A stretch of 64,000 bases of DNA from Alphaproteobacteria bacterium (GTDB lineage: Bacteria > Pseudomonadota > Alphaproteobacteria > DATDPM01), in contig JBGQJC010000005.1 in the NCBI GenBank assembly GCA_041498815.1, positions 2,629 to 66,628 of the forward strand, read 5' to 3'. The first letter of the stretch is position 1. Each line of letters starts with the position of its first letter. A model generated the notes under the pieces. That model saw only the letters and a list, made by a program, of their open reading frames with translations. It was not told the DNA's origin and ran no database searches. Below are positions 1-8,843 of this stretch, in pieces. The translations under genes were made by a program, and so were the position numbers.

Positions 1-1959
1 GCCGATATCAGCGGCTGTTGGTACGGCGGCGCCCACGACAACGTCTCCGCCTTCAACGACGTCTTCAACGGCGGCGGCGGCAACGACATCATGGTCGGCG
101 ACGTTTTCGCGAACGTTATCGGCGGTAATGGCGGCAACGGCGGCAACATTGGCGCGGGCGGCGCGGGCGGCTACGGCGGCGCGGGCGGCTACGGCGGCGG
201 CGAATACGGCGGCGTCCCCGGCAATAACGGCGGCAACGGCGGCAACGGGGGCTACGGTGGCAGCGACGGCAGCGGCGGCGATGGCGGCGACGCTCGCGGC
301 GGCTGCATCCAGCTCTCGGCCTACATCAGCGGCGGCGACGACACGGTTGAGGCCTACAACGACAAGATGACCGGCGGCGCCGGCAACGACCTCATGGTCG
401 GCGACATCTACTCCGCGGTCATCGGCGGCAATGGCGGCAACGGTAGCGCCAATTCCGGTTCCGGCGACGGCGGCAATGCCTGCGGCGGCGACATCCATGC
501 CGAGGCCGGCATCTCCTCGGGCAGCGGCAACCTCGTCAACGCCTACAACGATACGATCAACGGCGGTGCGGGCGACAACACCCTGGTCGGCGACGTCTTT
601 GCCCTCGTTCAGGGCGGCAACGGCGGCAACGGCGGCAACGGCGGCAATGCCTTCGGCGGCAGGGTCTGCCTCAATGCCGGCATCGATGGCGGCAGCGGCA
701 ACAACTTGAATGCGTTCAATGACGTGCTAGTGGCGGCGGCCGCGGGCGCAAGCCTCATCGTCGGCGACGTCTATGCCCTAACCCAGGGCGGCGCCGGCGG
801 CTACGGCGGCGGCTCCGGCGGCAGTGGCAACGGCGGCCACACCGATCTGTCGGCTTACGTCGGCGGCTCGGGCGGTAACACGGTCAATGCCTTCAATGAC
901 CACATCACGGCCGGCGGTGCCGCCAACACCCTGGTCGGCGACGTCTACGTCGACAACCAGGACGGGGCTAGTAGTGGCGTTGTTCTGGAGGACATTGTGC
1001 CTCTCAGCGTCAAGAGTGACTGCAGCTCGGTCAGCCTCGATGCCAAGGCGGAAGGCGGTGACAACACGCTCCACGCCTACAACGACATCATCAGCGGGCT
1101 GGGCGGCAACGACACCATGGTCGGCGATGCCTGGGTTACCAATACCCACCATGTCGATCTTTCGGCAGAGGCCTGCAACGGCGGCTTCGACTCGGCCTTC
1201 AACGACAGCTACACGGGCGGCGCCGGCAACGATCTCCTGGTCGGCGACGTGCGTGTGGAAAACGTCGATTGCACCGATCTCAGTGCCGAGGCCCACAGCG
1301 GCGGTACCGTCTTTGCCTTCAACGACACGCTCGTCGGCGGTGCCGGCAGCGATACCCTGATTGGCGACGTCCTCACCGACGGCCACGGCGTCCTCAACGT
1401 CTATGCCGGCGATGGTGAAGGCGTCCATGCCTTCAACGATCTGCTGCTCGGCAACGGCGGCAACGATGTGATGTTCGGCGACTTCGCGTTGTTGGACGGC
1501 GACGGGTACCATGACTACACCCCGAACGTCGCGACCGGTGGCGGCGAGGATGCGTTCAACGATACCCTCGTGGGCGGTGCGGGCGCCGACTACATCGATG
1601 GCCAGATCGGCAACGACAGACTCGAGGGCGATGCCGGCAACGACACCTTCGCGTTCAACCTGCACGACAGCAACGCGCCTAGCCTCAACGACGGCAACGA
1701 CACCGTCACGGATTGGGACAAGGCCCACGATGTTCTGGACTTCCACCATGTCGTTGACCTTGGTCCCAGCAACGATCACGACGATCTGGTGGCCGCGATC
1801 AACAACATCGACAACGACGGAACCAACACGACCATCCACTTCCTCAACGGGGCCAATGTCACCCTCAACGGGATCGTGGCCACGGGTGTAGATATTTCGC
1901 ATCAACTCGATAGCCTCGTGAACAACGTGGCGACCCAGATCGTGGTTTCGCACACCTAA
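1..1959 (+). CDS. RTX-type calcium-binding repeat protein (hemolysin-type GGxGxD repeats), T1SS substrate-like; 5' partial (continues upstream of window)
   Basis: Dozens of AYND/AFND..GGAGND.LVGDV..GGNGGNG nonapeptide repeats. The reading frame is open from position 1 (ADISGCWYGG...AFNDVFNGGGGNDIMVGD precedes the annotated Met). Acidic Gly-poor C-terminal ~100 aa is typical of a T1SS secretion signal region. Confidence 0.8.
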   Translation, partial: ADISGCWYGGAHDNVSAFNDVFNGGGGNDIMVGDVFANVIGGNGGNGGNIGAGGAGGYGGAGGYGGGEYGGVPGNNGGNGGNGGYGGSDGSGGDGGDARGGCIQLSAYISGGDDTVEAYNDKMTGGAGNDLMVGDIYSAVIGGNGGNGSANSGSGDGGNACGGDIHAEAGISSGSGNLVNAYNDTINGGAGDNTLVGDVFALVQGGNGGNGGNGGNAFGGRVCLNAGIDGGSGNNLNAFNDVLVAAAAGASLIVGDVYALTQGGAGGYGGGSGGSGNGGHTDLSAYVGGSGGNTVNAFNDHITAGGAANTLVGDVYVDNQDGASSGVVLEDIVPLSVKSDCSSVSLDAKAEGGDNTLHAYNDIISGLGGNDTMVGDAWVTNTHHVDLSAEACNGGFDSAFNDSYTGGAGNDLLVGDVRVENVDCTDLSAEAHSGGTVFAFNDTLVGGAGSDTLIGDVLTDGHGVLNVYAGDGEGVHAFNDLLLGNGGNDVMFGDFALLDGDGYHDYTPNVATGGGEDAFNDTLVGGAGADYIDGQIGNDRLEGDAGNDTFAFNLHDSNAPSLNDGNDTVTDWDKAHDVLDFHHVVDLGPSNDHDDLVAAINNIDNDGTNTTIHFLNGANVTLNGIVATGVDISHQLDSLVNNVATQIVVSHT

Positions 1960-1981
1960 GCGGAGCGGGAGCAACAAAAAG

Positions 1982-2016
1982 GGGCCGGCGCCCGTAAGGG
2001 TGCCGGCCCTTTTCTA
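1982..2016 (+). terminator. Rho-independent terminator after the RTX gene
   Basis: GGGCCGGCGCCC-gtaa-GGGTGCCGGCCC stem followed by TTTTCT, 23 bp after the TAA stop. Confidence 0.6.
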
Positions 2017-2035
2017 TTCAAGGATCGGTCGGGGG

Positions 2036-2066
2036 CGAAGCCCGGAACCTTTGGTTCCGGGCTTCG
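2036..2066. repeat. Perfect 14-bp-stem palindrome (CGAAGCCCGGAACC-ttt-GGTTCCGGGCTTCG)
   Basis: Exact inverted repeat read directly from the sequence. It sits immediately downstream of the RTX terminator in a 570-bp convergent intergenic region. No U-tail on either strand. Confidence 0.5.
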
Positions 2067-2527
2067 CGTTGCGCGAAATCCGATCGGGCGGAATCCTCCC
2101 CCCTTCCTCACCTTCCCCCGCGCCCGCCCTTCACCCGCTATCCGCAACTCGCGCATCCACCTGCCTTGACTCCCGCCGGAGTGAGGAATATGATCCTATC
2201 ACGGTCTTTGACATCGTGAAACCCATGGAACCCCGCGCATAACCGCATCGGCCCAAAGTGGCCGCCGGGGGACCAGTGCCACGGCGACGCGGGGGCGTGC
2301 CGCCAAAAAACGCGGCAGCAAGACGCTGCCGAAAACCGGCATCCCGCAGCAAAGGCGTCGCATCCTGTAGCAATTGGCCGCGGCCGATCGCGTTTGGGGG
2401 GCATGGCGGGCCCGCTTTTCCGGCCGCGGCTGGAAGACATGATGACAAATGATGACATTCGCCTAAGAAACCGGGTGCGCCTCACCCTCCCGCCGCATTG
2501 CGCCGGCTTTCGGGCCGGCGCGTTTCG

Positions 2528-3616
2528 TTAGGCGGCCTTCGGCGGGTTTTCCGGGGGTAGCCGGTCCGGCAATTGCTCCAGCCAAGGCAGGAGATTCTTG
2601 ACGAGCGGCGCCTCTGCCGCCCAGCGCGAGACGCGGCCGAGGCTGTTGAGGCAATTGGTCCTGGTGACCCCCACCTTGTCGCCGGCCAGAACCTTTTCGG
2701 CGTTCCACCACGGCCCGTCCTTTTTCGAGTTGAATATAAGAGCCAGCCGCACGCAGGTATGGAGCGTGCCGTAGGTATGGAAATATTCCATCGCCTCGTC
2801 CGGGCTTGCCATTCCTTGCGCGAAGGAATCGAGGTAACGGGCCAAGACCCTCGCTTCGGCCTCGGGCCGGTCGGGCATGTATTCGTCCGCCAGCAGCCAG
2901 GCGAGGTCGTCCATGCGGTTGCGGCAGCCGGCATGCTCCCAGTCGAACCAGGCGACGGAGCCGTCATCCCGCGCCATCGCGTTGCCGGGCCGCGCGTCCC
3001 ATTTGATGAAATAGGGTTTCCGCACCCGCATCATTTTGGCGAGCTCGGGCTCGCGCAGCGCCGGCGGCGAAACTCCAAGAAACCTTCCCAGCCGCGCCGG
3101 CATGCCAAACACGGTGCGCAGCCAGCCGGGGTCCGTGCCGATGGTAATCACGCTCTTTTCGAAGCCGCAGGCAGTGGCCGCGTTTTGATTGGCCGCGACG
3201 CTTTTGACGCCCGCATCCATCCATCGCCCGCCCTTCTTGGGGTTGGCGGCCGCCAGCGCCTGGGAAAGCCGCCGGTCGCCCAGATCCTCCTGGATGAGCC
3301 AGATTCCGTCGAACGCCAAGACCTTCGGCACCGCGCCGCCGTGGGCGCCAAGGGCGTAAAGGGCCGAAACTTCGAGCCGCGCGCGTTTCGGGTTGGGGCG
3401 GCGCGTCACGATCACCGATTCCTTGCCGCATTGGACGCGGATCGACTGCCGGTTGCCGCCCGGCATGTCCACGCCCGTGACATCGAGGCCCAAAAGCGTG
3501 TAGCAGGCCGCCCCCGCCGCGCGTTTGAACGCCTCGGACCTCCTTCGCCGGTTTTCGGACTTGTCGTTCCCCGGTTTCTGGCCGTCGTCTTTATTCGTGT
3601 CGGTTTCGTTCGCCAT
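2528..3616 (-). CDS. Phosphotransferase-family (APH/choline-kinase-like) kinase
   Basis: 362-aa ORF with APH-family catalytic-loop and D..W motifs (WFDWEHAGCRNRMDDLAWLL). Divergent from the glycosyltransferase gene. Confidence 0.65.
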   Translation of the reverse strand: MANETDTNKDDGQKPGNDKSENRRRRSEAFKRAAGAACYTLLGLDVTGVDMPGGNRQSIRVQCGKESVIVTRRPNPKRARLEVSALYALGAHGGAVPKVLAFDGIWLIQEDLGDRRLSQALAAANPKKGGRWMDAGVKSVAANQNAATACGFEKSVITIGTDPGWLRTVFGMPARLGRFLGVSPPALREPELAKMMRVRKPYFIKWDARPGNAMARDDGSVAWFDWEHAGCRNRMDDLAWLLADEYMPDRPEAEARVLARYLDSFAQGMASPDEAMEYFHTYGTLHTCVRLALIFNSKKDGPWWNAEKVLAGDKVGVTRTNCLNSLGRVSRWAAEAPLVKNLLPWLEQLPDRLPPENPPKAA

Positions 3617-3635
3617 GGCTGCCTTGTCGCGCGGC

Positions 3636-3731
3636 GTTCCTCAAAAGCGATGGGGCCGTCCCCGGCCGTTCCTCAAAAGCAATGGGGCCGTCCCCGGCCG
3701 TTCCTCAAAAGCAATGGGGCCGTCCCCGGCC
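3636..3731. repeat. 3 x 32-bp tandem direct repeat (GTTCCTCAAAAGCRATGGGGCCGTCCCCGGCC) in a divergent promoter region
   Basis: Three head-to-tail copies differing only at one position (gcga versus gcaa). They begin 20 bp upstream of the kinase start codon (minus strand) and end ~75 bp upstream of the GT start. Confidence 0.85.
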
Positions 3732-3805
3732 CCTTCTTAATGTTTAAGGCGCGTGCGGTAAAGTTATGGTTAACAATTACGGTACACAAAAGACAGGGGG
3801 GCGCG

Positions 3806-4993
3806 ATGGCCAAGATCCTGATCGGGTGGGAAAGCGGCGGCGGCTTCGGCCATGTCACCCGCATCCGCCTCGCCGCCCGCGAGCTCAAGGCCCGGGGCCA
3901 CGAGCCGGTCCTTGCCTTGCGCGACGTGGTGGAGCCGGCCCCGCTTTTGGACCGCGAATCCTATCCCGTCCTTCAAGGGCCGTGCTGGTCACGGCCCACT
4001 CCGGCCCGCTTCGCCGCCGCCACTTTCGCCGACATCCTGTCCGTCACCGGCTTTGCCGACGCAGGCGACCTTTCCGCGCTGCTGCGCGCCTGGGACGGGC
4101 TTTTTTCCGTGGTCCGTCCGGACCTCGTGCTCGCCGAATACGCGCCGATGATGGTGTTGGCTGCGCGCGGAAAATTTCCCACCGTGCTGTTCGGGAGCGG
4201 CTTCACCGTGCCGCCGGCCGATCTGACGCTCTATCCGCGGCTGCAACCGCGGGTGAAGGTATCCATGCCCGAGGCCGAAGTCTTGGCCGTGGTCCAGGAG
4301 GCCCAAAAGCGCCGCGGCGGGCCGGTGCCGCAAAAGCTCTCCGAAATCTTCGCCTGCGAGCGGCGTTTCCCCTGCACCTTTCCCGAGCTCGATCCCTACC
4401 GGGCGGTGCGGCGCGAACCCCTGATCCCGCCCTTAAGCGATCTCCCGCCGCCCATGAAGCCGCCCGCAAAGCCGCGCTTTTTCGCCTATCTCGCGGCCGA
4501 AGCGCATGGATTGCCGCGGTTCATTTCGGGATTGGTGAAATCCGGGGTGCCGGGCGGGATGTTCCTGCGGCGGCCGGCCAAGGCGTTCAAAGACGCGATG
4601 AAGAAAACGAATGTCACGCTCTACGAAGACCCGCAGCCCATGGCCGAGGTTCTGGCCGGCTCGAGCTTCGTCGTCCACCACGGCGGCGCCGGAACGAGCG
4701 AAGCGTGCCTGACTTCGGGACGGCCGCAAGTCCTATTCCCCCGGCACCTGGAACAGTCGTTGACCGCCCGCTCGTTGCGGACGGCCGGAGTCGCAATCAC
4801 CATCGGCCGCGATGCGGCCGTGGAGACGATGGCTAAAGAGATACGGGAATTCGCGGAGAATAAAGCGGCGCTCGGCCGCGCCGCGGCGCTGTCGCACGAG
4901 ATCGCCGCCCGCGGTCCGCGCCCCGGCGTTGCGCCCATCGTCGACGCCTGTGAAGAGCTGCTGGCGCAGCCGCGCGCCGCACCCGTGCTATGA
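3806..4993 (+). CDS. GT-B fold UDP-glycosyltransferase (MGT/GT1/GT28-like)
   Basis: MAKILIGWESGGGFGHVTR N-terminal Gly-rich motif and HHGGAGTSEA C-terminal UDP-sugar-binding motif. This is the in-frame Met inside the 806-aa ORF; the upstream part of that ORF is antisense to the kinase gene and overlaps the repeats. Confidence 0.75.
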   Translation: MAKILIGWESGGGFGHVTRIRLAARELKARGHEPVLALRDVVEPAPLLDRESYPVLQGPCWSRPTPARFAAATFADILSVTGFADAGDLSALLRAWDGLFSVVRPDLVLAEYAPMMVLAARGKFPTVLFGSGFTVPPADLTLYPRLQPRVKVSMPEAEVLAVVQEAQKRRGGPVPQKLSEIFACERRFPCTFPELDPYRAVRREPLIPPLSDLPPPMKPPAKPRFFAYLAAEAHGLPRFISGLVKSGVPGGMFLRRPAKAFKDAMKKTNVTLYEDPQPMAEVLAGSSFVVHHGGAGTSEACLTSGRPQVLFPRHLEQSLTARSLRTAGVAITIGRDAAVETMAKEIREFAENKAALGRAAALSHEIAARGPRPGVAPIVDACEELLAQPRAAPVL

Positions 4994-5835
4994 TTCGAAC
5001 GATGCAGTCTCCGAGATATTCGATCGTAACCACCTGCAAGAACCGGTTGGATCACCTGAAGGTTTCCTTGCCCGCTTTTTTGACCTTCGAAGGAGCGGAG
5101 GTCATCGTCGTCGATTACGGCTGCCCACAGGGCACGGGTGACTTTGTCAAGCAGAACTACCCGGCTGCAAAAGTCGTCAGCGTAACCGATGACCAAGGAT
5201 TCAACCCTTCAAGAGCCAGAAACATCGGCGCCCGCCAGGCTACGGGGGAATATCTTTTCTTTATGGATGCCGATGTCGTGATCCGAGATTTGAAATTGAA
5301 TGAGTCGATGCGAACTCATGAGCGGCCAGATCGCTTCATGACTTTTTCGAACTCGCTTAAGGCAATTGATCTGCTTGGATCCTGTCTTGTCCCGAAGGGG
5401 GCGTTCGACAAGATCGGCGGCTACGACGAAGTTATCAGCGTCTATGGCGGAGAAGAACGCGATTTATATGCGCGATTGCGCTTTCACGGGGTCGGGCAAT
5501 TTTTGCTGAATGTCGGAGGGTATCTGGAAACTATAAAGCACTCCAATGACGAGCGAATGAGTTTTCGTGAAGGCTCTACGGTAAGAAACTCGGTTGTAAT
5601 CACCACATGCTATCGGCAAATAAAACTTGGCCTCATGCGCTTTCTCGGGAAAGAGCTTGACTACCCCGAGCGCCTGGCACTTTGGAAGTCCGTCAAATCT
5701 CAATCGGAGGAAAAATTCCTGTCCGATGCGAACCGATGGGATTTTGTTATCGAGGTTCCCCTAGAGACTCCGTATTGGCCGCTTAAGGGAATTAAATACA
5801 GCAGGAAGCTGATGCTCACAGTTGAAATAAGTTGA
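4990..5835 (+). CDS. GT-A fold glycosyltransferase family 2-like protein (low-GC)
   Basis: SIVTTCKNR...VIVVDYGCPQG...FFMDADVV (DxD-type motif). GC is clearly lower than the flanks. The start overlaps the upstream GT stop (ATGA). Confidence 0.65.
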   Translation: MIRTMQSPRYSIVTTCKNRLDHLKVSLPAFLTFEGAEVIVVDYGCPQGTGDFVKQNYPAAKVVSVTDDQGFNPSRARNIGARQATGEYLFFMDADVVIRDLKLNESMRTHERPDRFMTFSNSLKAIDLLGSCLVPKGAFDKIGGYDEVISVYGGEERDLYARLRFHGVGQFLLNVGGYLETIKHSNDERMSFREGSTVRNSVVITTCYRQIKLGLMRFLGKELDYPERLALWKSVKSQSEEKFLSDANRWDFVIEVPLETPYWPLKGIKYSRKLMLTVEIS

Positions 5836-5874
5836 GATAAATCTGCGATGCACCAAAGACAACGGTGCTCGGAA

Positions 5875-7767
5875 TCAATCGTCGAACCATGGCCCTTTCG
5901 GCACGGGCGGGGGATTGTCCCACAGCCGCTCGGCAAGGTCTTTGCGGTGTGTCGCAAAAACCGCCGTCGCGAAAAGATGCCGGCCCGGCTTGTGCCGCCC
6001 CAACAACATCGGCGTGATGGTCTGCGGATTGATGAGGTTGGTGTTGGGCAATGCCCGGACCATCGTTGCGTGTCGCTCGGAAACGCGATCGCCGACCCCG
6101 AGATCGCGAATGCCTACGATCCCGTCTCGAACGTCGAGCAAAATATTTTTCTCACCGCCCCGCTGCAGAGATTCGCGTCCGGCGTCGGATAGACCGGTAC
6201 AATCAATCGAGAAACCACCCTCCTTGGTTATGATCGGCTGCCGTGTCTCGAGACGATGGATGCGCAGCATCCAAGGCAATTCGACCGGGACAAGCCATGT
6301 CTCGACCGCGACATCGGACCACGCCCGCCAGCGCGAATAGAGCCAATCCGCCTCGACCGTGGCGGCCTCGACGGCTTCACGGACGCGAAACTGGTTCGGG
6401 GAATTGGCATAGGCGATCGCAAGGGCGTTGTCGTAGCAGCCCTGATCGATGCCGCCCCAGTTGCTCTCGATGCTGAAGCCGTATCGCGAGGAATAGGCGA
6501 ATTTCGAGTATTTCGCGACGCCCTGGCGGATGAAACGGTTGCTCTGCCCGCTCGACAACATGACCGCGTGGGTGTCGTCGCGCTGGAGGATGAGCCCGGC
6601 ATGTTTCTGAACCGATTTGGGCGGCGCCGAACTCGGCGCCTCTTCCGACGTCCAGAACGGATGGCCTGCTCCGACCGCAAGCGGCAGGAACGCTTTCATC
6701 GCCCAGTAAGGTGATTGCGGCGAGTTATATGCTTCCGACATCAGCAAATTGGCATAGCCGTAACCGATCGTCAGCGCGCCACCGCGGTCGGCGATCGGTT
6801 TGTCGGACCACCAGCGCATGTGACGCAAGAACAGCCCCTTGGCCTCGCCCCATGGAACGGCCTCGACGTCGGCAAAGGCGAGCGCCCCCCAAAAGGCGCA
6901 TTGCGCGAAGCGATAGGTCAGGCTGCGGCCGAACGGGATGGCCGCACCGTCCTTTCCGAACCAGTGCCGGAAATCCTTGGCGAAGAGCGCGGCGCGCTCG
7001 CGATACACACGCGCGCGCTCGGGATCCCAATCACCAGCCAGCCTGGCATAGATGAGTCCGTAGAAATGAAAAGCGAAGGCGATGTAGTAGTCGAGTTGCG
7101 GGCAGTTGCCGTCGCGATACCAACCGTCGCCAAGATAGAAACGGTCGAGCTCGGTGCAGGCGTCCTGCACAAGCCCGCGGTTCCACGGCCCCTCGATTCG
7201 CTTGAGACCGAGATTGACGAGGACGCGGAAAAAGCGCCAGTTGTTGTCGACCGTCTCAAATTCGTTGATGCCGCCGAGCCAGCGCAGGAGATTGTCGCGC
7301 GCGCGCACCGGCAGCGGCTCCCAGACGAGTTCCGGAACAAGTGCCAGCGCGAAGCCGATCGCCGCCATTTCGACCATCCGCTGGTCGCATTTCTTGGTCC
7401 ATCCCCAGAACTCGGGATGATTGGGATCGCTCCCGTTTGTCAGGCCCTTGCGAACAAGATCCCAGGCATCGATCTCGCCGCCGCCAGCGGCGAGCGGCAC
7501 GAGCCCCCAGAGTGGCCGGGCGAAACCCTCAAGCTCTGCTGCGGCTTCGTCGAAGTGCGCCGCGCTGCTGGAAATGCGCACGCGGGCGCCCCCGGGGCTG
7601 TAACAAGAGCGCAACGGCTCGAAAAGGGCATGAACGGCGGATATGACGTCATCTCGGTCATTGAACGGATTGCCTCGCAAAGGCCGGAAGCCAGAATCGA
7701 AATTCCGCTCGATACTCATCAAGCCGCTGTTCTTGAAGTGATTATCGACATTCAAGTCGTGAAACAA
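5875..7767 (-). CDS. DUF2264-family protein (putative polysaccharide-active glycoside hydrolase/lyase-like)
   Basis: 630-aa ORF. Length and composition match DUF2264 proteins, which occur in polysaccharide loci. No overlapping competing ORF of comparable quality. Confidence 0.55.
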   Translation of the reverse strand: MFHDLNVDNHFKNSGLMSIERNFDSGFRPLRGNPFNDRDDVISAVHALFEPLRSCYSPGGARVRISSSAAHFDEAAAELEGFARPLWGLVPLAAGGGEIDAWDLVRKGLTNGSDPNHPEFWGWTKKCDQRMVEMAAIGFALALVPELVWEPLPVRARDNLLRWLGGINEFETVDNNWRFFRVLVNLGLKRIEGPWNRGLVQDACTELDRFYLGDGWYRDGNCPQLDYYIAFAFHFYGLIYARLAGDWDPERARVYRERAALFAKDFRHWFGKDGAAIPFGRSLTYRFAQCAFWGALAFADVEAVPWGEAKGLFLRHMRWWSDKPIADRGGALTIGYGYANLLMSEAYNSPQSPYWAMKAFLPLAVGAGHPFWTSEEAPSSAPPKSVQKHAGLILQRDDTHAVMLSSGQSNRFIRQGVAKYSKFAYSSRYGFSIESNWGGIDQGCYDNALAIAYANSPNQFRVREAVEAATVEADWLYSRWRAWSDVAVETWLVPVELPWMLRIHRLETRQPIITKEGGFSIDCTGLSDAGRESLQRGGEKNILLDVRDGIVGIRDLGVGDRVSERHATMVRALPNTNLINPQTITPMLLGRHKPGRHLFATAVFATHRKDLAERLWDNPPPVPKGPWFDD

Positions 7768-7781
7768 TGATTAGGCTTGGC

Positions 7782-8495
7782 TCAAGCATGCCTTTTTAGC
7801 TCGCCAAAAGCCCGATCTACGTAGGACTTAAATTCTTCCCAATTCGTCACGTGCTCTTCGCCATGTGTGGGCTGTTTTGGATTTTCGATTCGAACGGGAC
7901 GATCGAAATAATCGTCAAGCTCGGAGCAATGAAACGCAGGTTGGCAGAGATCTTCGTAGGTTATCCGGATGGCATTCGGGACCATATCGAGTTGAGCAAG
8001 GCTCGTATGCACGTAGGCCAAATTCCGGCGCACGAGTTTTGCGTCGTCTTGGGGGCGGAATATCCACTTCTCGTCAGGCCGCTCGCCTTTTCGCTCCCAA
8101 GAACCGAACTTCATCGCCGCGATGAAACTTGCCACCGTGGAGACAACATCCAGCCGACTCAGGGTTATAAATTTTATCCCCGGAATTTGAATAAACTGGG
8201 TGTAATCCTTATGCCGCTCGGGCATGGATTTGAAGCCGCAAAAGGGAAAGGAGGCGTTGTAACGGAAAAAACTGTCGACCAATTGCCGCGGCGTCGCGAT
8301 TTCATGACCGCAGAGCCGAGAATACCCTGTTAGGTATTCGCCGATCATGCGCGGCATTAGAAGCTCGTCATCGAACCATTCGTTGTTCTTGCTCGGCAGG
8401 GCCACATCCGGGAACTTTCCCAGCGATCTCATCAATGACGTGGATCCCGCGCGCCCGGTGGTCAGAACGCAAAATCTTTTTCGAGAGTATGTCAT
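7782..8495 (-). CDS. Sulfotransferase-family protein (low-GC)
   Basis: 5'-PSB-like P-loop motif (RFCVLTTGRAGSTSLMRSL) near the N-terminus. Start taken at Met51 (MTYSRKRF) of the ORF because the longer N-terminal extension would overlap the tRNA-Thr gene. GC is ~50%. Confidence 0.65.
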   Translation of the reverse strand: MTYSRKRFCVLTTGRAGSTSLMRSLGKFPDVALPSKNNEWFDDELLMPRMIGEYLTGYSRLCGHEIATPRQLVDSFFRYNASFPFCGFKSMPERHKDYTQFIQIPGIKFITLSRLDVVSTVASFIAAMKFGSWERKGERPDEKWIFRPQDDAKLVRRNLAYVHTSLAQLDMVPNAIRITYEDLCQPAFHCSELDDYFDRPVRIENPKQPTHGEEHVTNWEEFKSYVDRAFGELKRHA

Positions 8496-8606
8496 GTCCT
8501 TGGCGCTCTTAATCTGGCCTCTGCTGCCGCATCGCCGAAAACGCGCCACCGCCACGCCCGGCGCGCCTATACCCACCGGCCAAGAAATGGAACCGCGCGG
8601 GAAAGA

Positions 8607-8682
8607 TGGTGCCGCCTGGGTGACTCGAACACCCGACCCCCGCATTACGAATGCGATGCTCTACCAACTGAGCTAAGGCGGC
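8607..8682 (-). tRNA. tRNA-Thr (anticodon CGU)
   Basis: Hand-folded cloverleaf: acceptor GCCGCCU/AGGCGGC, D-arm GCUC-AGUUGGUA-GAGC, anticodon loop UUCGUAA, T-loop UUCGAGU, discriminator A, CCA encoded. 76 nt. Confidence 0.85.
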
Positions 8683-8843
8683 GCCGCCGGCCGGCGTACA
8701 GACAAGCCATTGAACCGGAAGGATATTTAGGAACCGTCAACGCCGGCCCAAGGCTTGGTCCCGGGGGCAAGCTAGCCCTATCCCGCAAAGGCCGTCAACG
8801 CCGCTGCGCTTCAAGCCCGGCAACGCCTAAAGCCCGGCTACGT

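Noticed and set aside
778-1977. 399-aa minus-strand ORF and several 60-180-aa ORFs inside the RTX gene
   Set aside because: These arise from the repetitive GGC/GGN-rich coding sequence of the RTX repeats. The plus-strand frame carries the recognisable calcium-binding repeats and secretion C-terminus.
3636-3731. Possible CRISPR array (regularly spaced repeats)
   Set aside because: The units are directly abutting with no intervening unique spacers. There are only three copies and no cas genes. It is a simple tandem repeat, not CRISPR. The same reasoning applies to the 47795-47895 repeats.
2573-3805. N-terminal 411 codons of the 806-aa plus-strand ORF
   Set aside because: Antisense to the APH-like kinase gene. 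It also runs through the 3x32-bp tandem repeat, producing artificial PQKRWGRPRPFLKSNGAVPG repeats. The recognisable glycosyltransferase begins at the internal Met (MAKILIGWESGGG).
8496-8645. Longer N-terminal extension of the sulfotransferase ORF (start at 8645)
   Set aside because: The extension would overlap the tRNA-Thr gene (8607-8682) on the same strand and adds a Gly/Arg-rich non-conserved sequence before the P-loop. The internal Met at 8495 gives a typical sulfotransferase N-terminus.
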